A stretch of DNA of 64,000 nt, taken from contig NC_067402.1 of NCBI RefSeq assembly GCF_016432865.1, positions 201,376,001 through 201,440,000 on the forward strand. The letters run 5' to 3'. Position numbers and translations under genes: made by a program. Shown here piece after piece: positions 1 through 12,904 of the stretch (the first letter of the stretch is position 1; every line of letters starts with the position of its first letter). The DNA comes from Antechinus flavipes (taxonomy: Eukaryota). The notes beneath the pieces were generated by a model. That model did no database searches and had not been told where the DNA came from. It was given only the letters and a program-made list of their open reading frames with translations.

Positions 1-1779
1 TTAGTCTTCTGTAAATATTTATGAAAAGGAAAAAAACAGACTATATTAGAGAATCTCTGAATAAACAGGTAGCAAAAGCAGAAGTTGAAAGGAAGTTGGA
101 GAAAGAATCAAACTTTTCTTAATACTTCCTTCAGCCTAATTCCTCTTCTCTAAGATGACCAAAGAACCAATGAATCTCTTCAGTAAATCATTTACACACA
201 ACTCTATCTTCCATTTGTTCTATATTATAATCTTTTAAATTCAAATATTCAAAATTGCCTCTTTTTCTGATTCTGAGAAAGCTTCTTTATTCCTTTGATT
301 CTGAGACATCTTTTTAATATAAATTTCAAAAGACAAAGATCCGGTCTCTAACATAATGATTCAAGGAGCAGGTCTCTGTTCACACTTAGTTCTAATTGTT
401 TGATTTAATCAAAAAAAGTATTTTTGTCTATTCGAGTTACCAGAATCAAATGGGGTGGTTTATAGACATAGATAATAGATGTCTAGATAGATATAGTATA
501 ATTCAATCCTTAAAGCCCTTTTGCATGGGACTCTGATCATTAGTGGAAATTGATTATTCAGTGCTCTGTATCTGTGTGATGGATATTGTTAATGAGAGGC
601 TTTTAGGTTTTAGAGAGAAGATACTTGGTTCCAGACTCTTTTCACCTCTCTCAGGGGAGAAAGGTTCTAGAAAGAAGCTAACACGTACAAGAACCAGAAT
701 TTCAAACATGTCCCTATTCCCAGCTTACTATACTGGAGACTGTGTGGCATTTTCCCTTAGGTGAGATCTAAGTTGAATTTTTATCTTGTTCCCAGTGGGT
801 GAACTCACTCATTCTGTGTCTTGTCTAGTATAATACTTTCTTTTTTTTTCTATCAAATTATGTAAATAGGTATATTTATTATTTGCTATGTACATAGTAT
901 AACATCATTTGTACTCCCATTGACTGAAAATATTTGGGGGCCAGATAGATGTACTAAACTCAGTTAGTATCCTTGGTTAGTACTCTCTTTTGGAATAGAG
1001 TGGCCAACCTCTGGACCAAAGTTCCAGTTTTCTTTAAAACAACAACAACAACAAAAAAGTAAACATTTTTTAAGAGCCTGCAAGGTTCCATGCAAAGCAG
1101 TATAGTTTTGGAAATGGGAAGAAAGGTATTAGACAATCCCAAACCTCAAGGAGTTCACAATCTAATGGGGGAAGTCAATGCACAAAGAAAGTGAAAGGGG
1201 TAGAGAAGGTTCCCCAGCTGACACAATGAAATCCTATAGTTAAGGTAGGAAAATATCTGAGGAGTTATGTTTCAGGGTTGGTTTCATCTAGCAGAATGAT
1301 GAGCTTCCAGAGATCATGAAATCCAAATAAACAGATTTAGAAATGAGAAAATGAATTCCTTGAGCACTCTGCTGAATTCAGCAGTCCTTAAATGATGGAA
1401 GATTAGGAAAGAGCTCTCCAATGTCCAACCTTCAAACTCTCCCAACTGAGGGAGGAGTTCCAAGGATACAGGGGCCTGAGGAGAGTGAGTTTGTTGCAGA
1501 ACTATAAGTCTCTGGAGATCACAAAATCCAGGAAATCAGGAGGGTAAAGTGATTCTTAGAAGGAATCAAAGTGTTCCTTGGAGTAAGGTGGGGAGGAGAC
1601 TTGAGGCATTTATTCTAGCTTTTCTGTGAGCCACATCTAGACATATATAGACACACATAACACTAATAGCACAAAACACACCCACACCTCTTTACATATG
1701 TATATATAAAATAGTCTTTAGTAAACATTATAACCAAAACACATAGTTTTCTGACAGGTCATGCTTCTACATTCAGAGT

Positions 1780-2100
1780 TCTCCAAAACTTTCCTCAAAT
1801 GCTTTCATTTAATTTGAAAAATAATTTTAACTCTTTCTGCTTTTCAAATCTTACTTTGTCTCTCCCAGAAAATCTAGTTGGATTTCTTTCTAAGTTTTGG
1901 TTTTTATTTGATTCTTTGCTTGTATATGTTTTGGAGTCATTCTCTTCTGTGTTTGTCTCTTGAATACATAATAATATATACTTTTATAGTATAACTCTTT
2001 ATAGTAGGATGTTTTGTTTTTTGTCTAGATTACTTCCTATCTTCAGACTTTATGTTTGGGACTGAATTCTGTGTATTTCTACATGGAATGTATGGATTAA
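1780..2100 (-). mobile_element. L1/HAL1 fragment (start of ORF1), degraded
   Basis: Antisense of the ORF1-start region also seen at ~59500-59620; the motif atgttttggagtcattct at ~1925 is the reverse complement of agaatgactccaaaacatg at ~59592. Confidence 0.55.
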
Positions 2101-2189
2101 GCTTTTTTTCCCTTGAATCTTACTTCTTTTATATTATTATTATTATTATATTGTAGTGTTTTATATATATTGGTATTCTAGTTGTATTA

Positions 2190-4450
2190 TTCTAGGATCT
2201 AAGTGATAGTTTCATCTGTGAGCTTTCAAACTTTCAATACTCCCAAAGTAGTTTGATCCAGGACAAATTCTAATTGATGTCCTTATTGTGCAAGTTTCTG
2301 ACCTGGGTTTAGGTATGAGCAATATTCCTTCAAGCTTGATTCTGGTGGGGTACAAATAGATTATCCTGGGACTCAGCAGGTTGAGAATGACACAACTGCA
2401 GGGTTCACTTTGGTCCATATCTCCCAGACTGATTATTAAGTTGTAGGCTTTAGGCTAGTCTGAGGGCTAACAAAGAGACCTTGTTCAACTCCTGGCAAGC
2501 AGTCCCTCAGCTGCTACTTGCTTCTCAACTTTCTTGTTATGGAATACACAGCTTGGGGCCTGTGATTGGTGTTCACCCTGGACCACTATCTTTGGTTCTG
2601 ATTACTTTTTTAGTTACACGCCCCCCCCCTCCCCAAGTGTGTTAATAACTGAGTAATGAGATACAAGAGATATCTTTTGACACCTGTTTTTGCTATCTGG
2701 ACAAAGCTGGGGCCCACTGGGTGAGTCTGACTCTGGGTAAGGCTAAGGGCTTATGTACAATCCCTGAACTATAATGCTCCACACATTCTGCAATTTTTGC
2801 CTGGAGGAAAACTGTCAATGCATTGCATAAGTGTCTTGCTTTTGTACAGTAGGGAGAAGGTGCTATTCTATTGTGCTTAATCTCCTCCAGCTTCAGAAGG
2901 AAAAGGAGGAAATTCATTTCATTGAAAACCAATCTCCTATCTTTGAGATGAGAGGAGAGAATGTCATTCCATCAGGCCAGGTTTCCTACCTTCTATGGGA
3001 AGAAGAGATACACCATTTGATCATGAATCAGGCTATATGTTTCTTTTTAGAAAAGGGAGAAAAAGCATCCCATGAAGTCTTGGAAAAGGGGGATTACTGC
3101 CATTCATTCAGCTCCTAGTACTCCTTCCCTTGTCTGAATTGCATAAGATCTGGAGAGGATTCCACCCTGTATCCAAATGTCTATGGATAAAGAAAACCTA
3201 TCTAAACTCTTTCCTCAGTGATTAATAAACCTCCCGGCTCTCCCCATTCTAGTAATTCTTAAATCCTGCAGATCATAATTCAAATCCCATTCCTTGGAAA
3301 GTGGGTACGGCCTGAACACCCTGTACCCAGCCTGTCTCAGAGACACAGCTCTAACAATGACTTCAGGCTTTAGCTCTGGGTGTCCCCCACCACACAACTA
3401 TACAGGTGTGGGCTGATCAATAAGCTGCTGAAATCTGAGCAGGAGGTTAGGGCACTTGTGGTTTAGGCAAATATTTTGGACTTTTTAAGATTTTGGAAAA
3501 TCCTCTTTCTCCAGTTAGCCTTTCTGATGTCCCCTATTTCCCAAGTCACTTCTATATCTGCCCCTTTTCAAGTGGGGTCCACAGCAAGCTACAATCCTGG
3601 AAGAGAGAAAGCAGAATTTTCCCTGGGGTCATCCTGACTTTGCCAGGTCCATGTTTGTGGAAATCTCTGTCCATAAAAACAAGGATGAATGGAAACTTTG
3701 GCAAGCACTAAGACGTGTCCAGAATAAGCTATTGTTAGGCATCTAGAATTCCAGGTTCCCCAAATAGGTGGTTTTGTACTGTTTACTGTACTGCTTCTGA
3801 AAAGCAGTTGCCTGTAGGACCTACTTACTAATAAGTAGATGGCACAGGACCATATAATTATCCTTTTTCCAAAGTTGCCTATTATAGTTTGGGTGGTACA
3901 AGTTGGTCTCTCTAATAAGATGGGTAGAATATGAACAACTTCTACTGCTAAAAAGAAATGTTTTTTTAAAAACATTCTTGCCTGATCCTCTCTTGTTAGC
4001 ATCCTTCACAACACATGGTGATTATGGCAAAGACTAAAACCTGGAACCTTGCCTCCTTCACTGACCCAAGTGACCCCTACCTATAAGGACCTGGCTCCCC
4101 TAGGAGCACCATTTAGCTTGATCAAGCAATCCGTTATAAGAAAGGTATATACAGCTGCATTTTGGCTGCCACTAATATTGTAGGTACTCAAGGGAGAAGG
4201 GGTCCTGGAAAATACTTCCAGTCAATTGATCTTTAAGTTTCATGCAAAGCATATGAGAGAACATAGAGGGATAGGGTAGAGATTTTTATTTATCAATAAC
4301 TGGGTAGTGATTATGTGTCTGTCCAAATGATCTGGGCCTGGAGGTCCTAAGAATGATCATCAAAGTTATCATATGCTAAATGGCGAGGTTAGAGCCATTA
4401 CAACAACAGCAAAAGTTGGAAAGTAAGTTCTATCTCAATTTGGGCATTTG
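2190..4450 (-). mobile_element. ERV1 (gammaretrovirus-like) internal remnant: gag p30, start of RT, integrase; frameshifted and internally deleted
   Basis: Minus-strand translations resemble MLV-type proteins: YRQLL...QSQDDPRENSAF (gag p30, cf. YRQLLLAGL...QGPDESPSAFLERL), EVIV...YPLSKE (RT N-terminus, cf. QYP(M/L)SxE), HKPLALPRVRLT (integrase, cf. LPLALLRVRNTP) and PTRIKLEGI (integrase C-terminus, cf. TPTAVKLEGI). The order is colinear with gag-pol. Confidence 0.8.
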
Positions 4451-5109
4451 AGTGGTGATACCATTGAGAAAATAAAATATTGATTTAGTATTTTAATTTG
4501 ATTCCATTTTGTAATTGATTCTATTCTGTAACTGCCTGAGCCATGTTTCTTTATTTTTAAATTTAAGTTCACAAAGTCATGAGTCCAGAAATTCAGTTTT
4601 CCCCTCTCTGAGTGAATTCAAAATTCAATTGCTCCATAAATTACCTTAACTCAAAGAAATACATCATCTCTATAGAGTTTTGTATACCCTTGTACAATAA
4701 GAAAAAAGGTGTTATATTACTAACGAGCTTTACAGAATGAAGGTGGGCATTAAGAAATATATTACTTCTGTTCAACTAATGAGTAGATGGACTCTATCAA
4801 TTAACTCTTCTTGGAAGGAAGATTGAAGATGGAAGGAGAGGTGTTTGCCATTACCAAACATCTAGCCAATCAAACTTGTTTTTTGCCACCTGTGATATTT
4901 CAGACTTTGCAAGGAATCATGTAGCTTTCTATCTATGATGCTTCTTGTTTTTTATTCTCTTGAAATTACTAAAATTATATAAAAAGAAGTAAGATCTGCC
5001 TCATAATCCTTACTTGCTTAGGAATCCAAAACCCATTTTGTTGTTGACTACTGGTCTCATAAAAATAAATAATATGAACATGCTTAGAACTTTATTGCCT
5101 CAGTTTCCC

Positions 5110-5475
5110 CGTAAAGTTTAGACTAGCTCCCTGGAGGCCTCAAGAACAGCCGAAGTCAGGATAAGCAAAAGTCCTTGGTTTTCAGGGGGAGAAGTGGACA
5201 AAATTGCTACAAGTTTTGCCAAGGATCTAGAGTTCAGAATCTCTATACTTTCCTCCTCTCCATCCTGCAACCACATGAGTCTGGCTCATCTCACTCCACC
5301 CTCAAATCCCTTCTACGTTAATCTGTATGCACCAAAAGAGCAAGACATCAGGAAATGGTGAGAAGGGCCATTTTCCCAAACATATGCTAATAGAGTTATT
5401 GTCCAATAGGTAATTAGCCTTAAGAGCTTAGTTGTCTGATTCAAGCACATCTTTTAAGAGTTTCAGTCCTTTACA
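5110..5475 (-). mobile_element. Solo LTR (ERV), ~366 bp
   Basis: On the minus strand it begins TGTAAAGGACTGAAACTC. It is flanked by a 6-bp duplication, tttccc (5104-5109) and tttcct (5476-5481). It shares blocks such as taggtaattagccttaag with the LTR at 23395-23796. Confidence 0.8.
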
Positions 5476-5719
5476 TTTCCTTAATTTCATTCATTAAATT
5501 ACAGGTACAGGATCATATAATTCTCCTCACTGAGGACAAGACAGCTATTCCTAATCTAAGTGACCCTCAATCTGTCTTCAACTGAGAAAAGAACACTTTT
5601 TATTTCAGGGTAAGAGGTTTGTTCCTGCTCATCAATAGCTGCATTATGCATCATCTGACCACTCAGGTCAAGTATCCATTTTCCTAGAAATCATGTCTGA
5701 AATATAAAGTCTATGCCCT

Positions 5720-7067
5720 TTTTAATTTTATTTTTAAATTATTCATTTTTTAATCATTACTTTCGGGTAGTTTAATAATTTTTAAATTATCTCACCTGAA
5801 TTTGTTTTCCAAGTCAATTTTTTCCAGTGAAATATTTCACATTTTCTTCTATTTTTTCCATTCTTTTTATTTTGTTTTATTGTTTCCTGATTAGTTTCCA
5901 CTTGTCTAATTGTAATTTTTAAGGAATTATTTCATTCAGTGAGATTTTCTACCTTTTTCCCCCATTCGTTTAATTTTGCTTTTTAAATTTTCTTATCCAA
6001 TGAACTTTTGTATCTTCATTTTCATTTGGCCTATTTAAAGAAGTTATTTTTTCCCCCCTCTGGGAAACTTTTGTTCTTCTTTTACCATTAGACCAATTCT
6101 GATTTTTAAGATGCTATCTTTTTCAGTACTTTTTGGTACCTCTTTTACCAAGCTGTTAATTCTCTTTTCATAATTTTCTTGTATTACTCTCATTTTCCTT
6201 CCCCCAACCCACCAAATTTTCCTTTGCCATTCTTTTTTCTTTCCTTAATTCTTCTGGGAATTCTTGCTGGCCTTGGGTCCTTAGCAGTTTTCTTTGAGAC
6301 TTTGTTTGTAACCATTTTCACACTAATGCCTTCTAAGTTTGTCTTGGTCTTTCCTGCTATCATAATAGCTTTTCACATTAAAGCCCTTTTTTCATTGTTT
6401 GTTCATTTCCCCAGTCTATTTCTTCACTTTGAACTTCATGTTCACCTAGGGGTGAGGAGTCACTGTAGCAGATTGAAGGCTTTTTTATGCTATTGTTTTC
6501 AGGGTTTGTTCTGGAAATCAGCAAGTTTTAGATTCTTGCAAAGTGATATTATTTTGAGGGAGTTAGGGTGAGTGCTTTCCTGGTCTGCCTTGTAATCTTT
6601 AATAAAGAAGGATTCTTAATTCCCTATAGCCACAAGTTCTAGTGTTCCTCTTGACGGGACTGCAGCCATGACCCCTGCTCCCTTGTGACTAATCATTAGT
6701 TCTCCTGTCCCCCAGAACTGCGTATGGGTAATACAATTACCAATATGCACCAGCTGTACCCAGTGCCAGCAAAGAATGCTCCGGTAATCTCTTCCTGACC
6801 AGTTGTTCCACTCCATTACCATCTCTGGGCTGAGAGTTCCAGTGGATGATCCTACTGAGTTCTGAGCCTAAAGTGACTCTGATATTACAGATCTCCCTTG
6901 CCAATCTCTTAAGATATCTTAGGCTAGAACAATGTCTCCCTTTCATCTTTTGTTAGCTCTGCCATTTCAAAGTTTGATTTGAAATGTTATTTTAAAATAG
7001 TTTGAAGGGCAATGTTTGGAGAATTCAGCTCTTCCCAACAAATCTCTTCCATCTTGGCTCTGCCTCC
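5720..7067 (-). mobile_element. L1 5'UTR and ORF1 (degraded)
   Basis: Ends in ccatcttggctctgcctcc, the reverse complement of the L1 start GGAGGCAGAGCCAAGATGG. Contains ORF1 coiled-coil repeat units (ccaattctgatttttaag) in antisense. Confidence 0.8.
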
Positions 7068-8299
7068 ATTGTGATTTTAGCACTCATTTGTTACCTAACT
7101 CCATGGTTAAATAGACAAAAGAAAACAGAAGTCTGTACAATTGGACAACTGGAAGATTTTTGAATCTCTAATTAATCTAAAGAGTTGCAAACAAAAGTGA
7201 CTATTTGAGAGTATATAACTATGTAGCTTTGGCTACAGAGACTAGTTAGGCACCCAAACAAAGACAAAGCCAGCTATGCAAGTTTTATAGAGGAAAGTCC
7301 TGATTTTCTTTAATTGTTAAATTGTGTTTGCCAGTACAGCAATTCTCCCTCCCTTTATTAGAACTTGGGTAATTAGTTCTAAAATTATAAAATTTACTCT
7401 GTGAAATGGAATTTTTCTAGGCAGTTACAAATTAATGCCCTGTAGTCCTACATGGAAGAGCAATGTTTGGACATTTGTTATAATAGAAATATTGTGAGTT
7501 CTACAATCAGAAAGAGAGAGTATTTTGTGTCTCCAAGAGATTTTAGAGATTATCTCTATCTGACTTCCCTGGTTTTTTTTTTAGAAGGTCTTGTTTGTTT
7601 AGACTCAGCCTGGAATAGAACAAGAGATACTATTACTCTAATCATTTCCAATTTAACCTGGCCTATTATGATATCAGAAAAGATACTAGTCACAATAGAA
7701 GTTGTGAATTTTTAGTGTATGGTAAATGCATTTAAAACTTTCTGCTGATCCTCTTGTTCTTAATTATCTTATTTTTATTTTGTATTTGTTCTGTACATAT
7801 TTATTTACAAGGATGTGTGAATGATATCTCCTCCAGTAAAATATTAGCATGTAATCTTGAAAGTAGACTTGAAAGTAATCTTCTTATTCTGAATTTGTAT
7901 GCTTAGAACCTGGCACATTATAGATGCTTCATAAATTATTGTTGATTGATTCTTTGTAAAAAAAAATTGCTCTAATCTAAAGGTTTTTGGTAATTCCTGT
8001 GTCTTTTGTTCATTTATAAATTGGTGAAGTCTATGGATTTTTTTCCCAAATGTTTTAAAATAAACAAAAGAAAGCATGTAGGATTACAAAGAAAACAATT
8101 ACACTGAAGTATAATTACCAAAACCTTTTTAAAAGTTTGCAGATCTCAGATTAAGAAACTTCTGAAAGACTGATTGATTTCCTTTGATGCTAATTTAAGC
8201 CTCCTATGCTTTATATTTTGATAGTGGAAATAGCATAGATTCAGGAACAGGCTCATCATGGGATATGTTGATCACTGTTGGAAATATTTTTAGCTCTCA

Positions 8300-8580
8300 T
8301 AACTGAATAATTGGATTTAGAACTGGCAAAGGTCTTAGAAAATATCTCCTCTAATTCTTTCATATTACAGATGAAGAAATGCAGTTAAGCCAAGAGATGT
8401 CCAAGGTCATAGATGTAGCGCAACTGGGATTTGAAAGAACACTATATTGATGTGAGAGAACTTGGTTTTGATTTCTGGTTCTGCTGCTGACGATTGTATG
8501 ATTTAAGAAAGTCATTTAACCCCAGTTGGTCCTACTTTCACTTATTTCAAAATGAGGGATTCGATTAAGCAATGTCTAAT
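8300..8580. mobile_element. MIR/MIR3 fragments
   Basis: Degenerate CORE-SINE motifs: ttacagatgaagaaatg...ccaaggtcatag, and agtcatttaacc...ttatttcaaaatgaggga. Confidence 0.55.
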
Positions 8581-8677
8581 AGTTTTTTTTTGGTTAGAAA
8601 TGCCATGATACTATGAAATTTTATTTTGCCATTGCTTCATGTTGCCTTATGAAACTGTCTAAAATGTTGGAAGTTTT

Positions 8678-9298
8678 CTTTGATCCAGAAGTGTTCTTAG
8701 TAGGCTTATATTCCAAAGAGATCTTAAAGAAGGGAAAGGGACCCACACATGCAAAAATGTTTGTGGCAGCCCTTTCTGTAGTGGCTAGAAACTGGAAATT
8801 GAATGGATGCCTATTAGTTGGAGAGTGGCTGAATAAATTGTGGTATATGAATATTATAGAATATTGTTCTATAAGAAATGATCAGCAGGATGATTTCAGA
8901 GAGGCCTGAAGAGACTTACACGAACTGATGCAGAGGGAAATGAGCAGAACCAGGAGATCATTATACACAGCAACAAGAAGATTATACTATGATCAATTCT
9001 GATGGATATGGCTTTTCTCAACAATGAGGTGATTCAGGCCAGATCCAATAATCTTGTGATGAAGAAAGCCATCTACACCCAGAGAGAGGTCTGTAGAATT
9101 GAATGTGGATCACAATATAACATTCTCACTTCTTTTGTTGTTGTTTGCTTGGATTTTATTTTCTTTCTCATTTTTATTCCTTTTTGGTCAGATTTTTCTT
9201 GTTCAGCAAGATAATTGTATAAAAACATATGCCAAAAAAGAAGTCAAATAAAAATAAAATAAACCTTAAAGCTTCAAAAGTAAAAAAAAAAAAAAAAA
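8678..9298 (+). mobile_element. 5'-truncated L1 (end of ORF2, 3'UTR, polyA) with target-site duplication
   Basis: Marsupial L1 3' end and A-tail (9282-9298). An exact 12-bp duplication gttggaagtttt lies at 8666-8677 and 9299-9310, preceded by ct/aaaa, an endonuclease-type site. Confidence 0.92.
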
Positions 9299-11171
9299 GT
9301 TGGAAGTTTTGTGATCTTTCTCAGTATACAGAGTACTCATAATGTTAAAATTAAAGACATTTGTAAATATTGAAGTTGATTCCAAGTCAATATTCCATTC
9401 AGAATTACTAGGAACAATTAAAAAAGTTAATAAATGTCCTTAGAATTTGGGACTAAAAGAGATTCTACACATCTTCTCATTCAATATCTTTACCTTACAA
9501 AGCAAGAAATAGTCCCAAAGAAACCAAGTCTGTTTTCCAAGGTCATGTAAGAAAGATATAATTGTGAGGTTATGGGCCATTAATGAAGGTTCCACCAGAG
9601 AACAGAGAGAAGAGTGTTAATATAGTCATTGCCGTTTTGGTTCCTTGGGAAAACTTGCCAACTTTTCACTCATAATTAGTTTCCACAATTTACTCCTAAT
9701 TTTTCAAGGGAAAAAGTACAATTAAGTCAAAGTAGTCAGAACAAACTGAAAAATATAATTTTCTCTGGATAGTCGATCCAGACAATGTAGTCAAAAGTTT
9801 TATTTTCCTTGGGTGTGGTACTGCTGTCCTGTGGCCTCAATTCAGTTTATGACGGTTACCTTGTTTTGGCTTTCTAGGTTATTGGTCCAATTTTTTTTTG
9901 CAGAGTTTTTCTTTCTGCAAATAAACCTCAATACAAGTGAATATACCCTTTCTTACTTTAAATCTTCAGAGTCAAAAGAAAAGGAATAGAGGCTACAACT
10001 CTATGTGTTTCAATTTCATTAGAAGGATTTTAAATTTTATTTTACTTCTGAGTTAATGAACCACTCAGGACTTGCCTCTCTGCATGGATCTTTTCATGTT
10101 GATTTTTGTTTTTCCATTTTATTAATTAAGCTGCTATTTTTTTTTAAAGATGTGTTTTATGTCAGAGTGAAATCAACATTAACCTTTCTGTTCTGGCAGG
10201 TCAGATGACATTGTCCTGAGTGATCCATATGGAGGTTCAATTACAAGCAATCTTATTGTCCCTATCTATAGAGAGAAAGGAAATAAGTATCCTCTATTCT
10301 TCCTGACTCCAGGTCCAACAATACAGACTTGATTATACTACCTAAATTATGCTTCTAAAATGAAGAGATTGGACTAGATTATCACTAAATTCTCTTCAAG
10401 CTCTAAAGCAATCCAAGTCATTTCTACCCTAAACAAGAAATAGAACTCTATTCTGACTAGTTGTACATAGATATAAGAATTAAGAAACCAGAAATTGTTT
10501 CAATTATTGCTCTCAGGAAGGTAATAATAACTATTGTGGATGTGAGTTCTGTAATATTTGCACTAATCAATTATGTGTATTGGACCTTCTCTTTTTTCAC
10601 AAGGGAGCCAGACAATGGAGCAGAATAACAACCAGCCAATAAGGAGGGCTTCTGATGTCCAAAATTTGGGTTTGACATACCAGTCAGTGATCCTTTGTGA
10701 AGTAAACTTTAGCTGAACTCAGGATGCCTGTAATCGCTGAAACCAGCCTTGACCAACTCAGAGAGGCAACTGAGCATTTTTTTTTTGCTGTTTTATACAA
10801 AAAGAAGCAATCCTCCTGCTTTCTGATTCACTGAATTTACAAATATCTTCTCCTTAGACCACCCACTTCCCATCTGACTTCCAAATTTATTGTTTCTCCC
10901 TTACTTCTGGAGTAGCCATGAATACCTCAAAAAGTCCTAAATATCTTGGGTATGGATAAATACCTCATCCTTTCTCACTAGCCTTTGAGCAGATGAGAAC
11001 ATTGCCTCCCTACTCTAATTCTCAGGCAACACATGCAGTTATGATCATATTCTGGCTTCTTTCAGGTTCTTTTTTGGAGGTTTCTTCTGTTTTAGCAATT
11101 CACATGAGTTTTTATTTTAACAATATTTAACAATATTAATCATTTTCTAGTTTTCAAATATAGAGAGGTTT

Positions 11172-11310
11172 GTGTATATATATATGTATATATATATACA
11201 CACATACATACATACATACATACATACCATATATATTTACATCACGTGGATAAATGTATATATAGTCACATGTATATAAATGTATATATAGTATATATAG
11301 TCACATACAC
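11172..11310. repeat. Compound (TA)n/(CA)n/(CATA)n simple repeat
   Basis: Directly visible; includes an internal duplication of aaatgtatatatagt. Confidence 0.9.
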
Positions 11311-12716
11311 ATAAGTTTTGAAGACCAAGTGAAATGAGTTTGGCATTCTTTCTTTCCAAGAAAAAGTAAAAAAAAAATTGCTGGTTATATTAATATATTA
11401 TTTATATATACCATTTATAAAATGTTTGGAATCTTTGGGAAAATATGTTGTAATATAATTGTGTGTTGTATTAGAGTTAAATTTCTATATTCTCAGGAAA
11501 TGAGTTCTAGATAGCCAGGTTTTCCAGAAAACAGATTTTTTTTAAGCAATAAAATGTCATTTTATGCCTTATGGAGTGATTATTTACAAAAATATAGTAT
11601 CAATTTCCCTCCTTTCTTAAATAGCCTATGAAGAAAATATAATTTCTTGATTATTCAGGGTCATCATAAATCCAGTGATTTGAATTGGAATGCTTATGAA
11701 TTGGAAAAATCTAAGGACATTTTTAGGGAAGTTTCTCCTATGATAATTTGCCCCAGGCAGCTATCCTTTTTTGGGTCCCGCTTTCTGCTTATATAGTTAT
11801 TTTTGATTGCTTTCCCAAATGTCAACTATCACATCTCACAATGTCAAAGTGTGCCTGTTATCTATAGTGCTTTTTCCTATTTTCTTTTTTTTTTTTCCTT
11901 TCTACTGTAGGCTTGCAAACCAATTAATCAAGATTGTTAGAACTCTGTAATATGTGAATAGGCTCTGAGCAAGATTTCTAAATATTTTCCTATAAGTAAA
12001 ATATAAGAACCATTGTACATGGACTTTGTGAGATGTTTTTTTTTGGTGGGAAACTAGTTTTTCCTCATCTTTAGTCATAGATAAATAAGGGCACTAGGCA
12101 GCTAAATCTTACTTAGCTATATAAAATTATTAGCTTAAGAAGACTAAGAAAGAACTCTAGGCGTCAGTTTTTAAAACTAACTGTTAAAATTGCTATAATA
12201 TATTGTAATCTCTATAATTATAAACATAAGATTTTTGGAATGATTATAAAGATAAGCTATTATTTTATTTGTTCATTTCAAAACTATGATCTATAAAACT
12301 ACTTATTTCATATAGTTCACATGTACCTAGTCATATAATTCAACAAAAATCTATTGGGTGCCTTGCATAATCATGACACCATGTTAAAGTCTGTCATATA
12401 CAAATTTTATTTGTAGAATACAAAACGTATTCACACATACTGTTACCTTTTCCCCATAAAGTGAATCAACCTTTTCCTTGTATTATTAGCCTTAGTTTTT
12501 GCCTTCAGTCTTCCATTCCTCCAATGTTTATTATATCATTGGTGAAAGCTCTGCCCTGCTTTCCATCAATCGAATTGTATTCAACTTAAGTGGTTGGTGT
12601 GTGCAAGAGTTGTGCAATAATTCCCAAATAGAGAAATCCTCAAATGACCATTGCACCAGAAATAAGGCTGTATTATAAGGTTAAGCAAGGTTAAAAAAAA
12701 ATAGATTATCTGTAAC

Positions 12717-12900
12717 AAGTTGTTTAGTTGTAGTTATGTCCAGCTCTCCATGATCTCATTTGGGGTTTTCTTGGCAAAGATACTGGTGTGGCTTGCTATT
12801 TCCTTTTTCACCTCATTTTGTGGATGAGGAAACTGAGGCAAATAGAATTAAGTGACTTGCCCACAGTCGTACAGCTAGTAAGGGTCTGAGACCTGAAAAC
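12717..12900 (-). mobile_element. MAR1-type SINE
   Basis: Contains ggggttttcttggcaaagatactgg (RTE-derived tail) followed by the CORE gatgaggaaactgaggca...aagtgacttgccca. Confidence 0.85.
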
Positions 12901-12904
12901 AGGT

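Noticed and set aside
1369-1384. Perfect 16-bp palindrome ctgctgaattcagcag
   Set aside because: About one such palindrome is expected by chance in 64 kb (64000/4^8).
6179-6571. 130-aa hydrophobic ORF resembling a membrane protein
   Set aside because: It is the antisense of A-rich L1 ORF1; the Phe/Leu richness is a compositional artefact. The same applies to 21159-21483 and 40510-40932.
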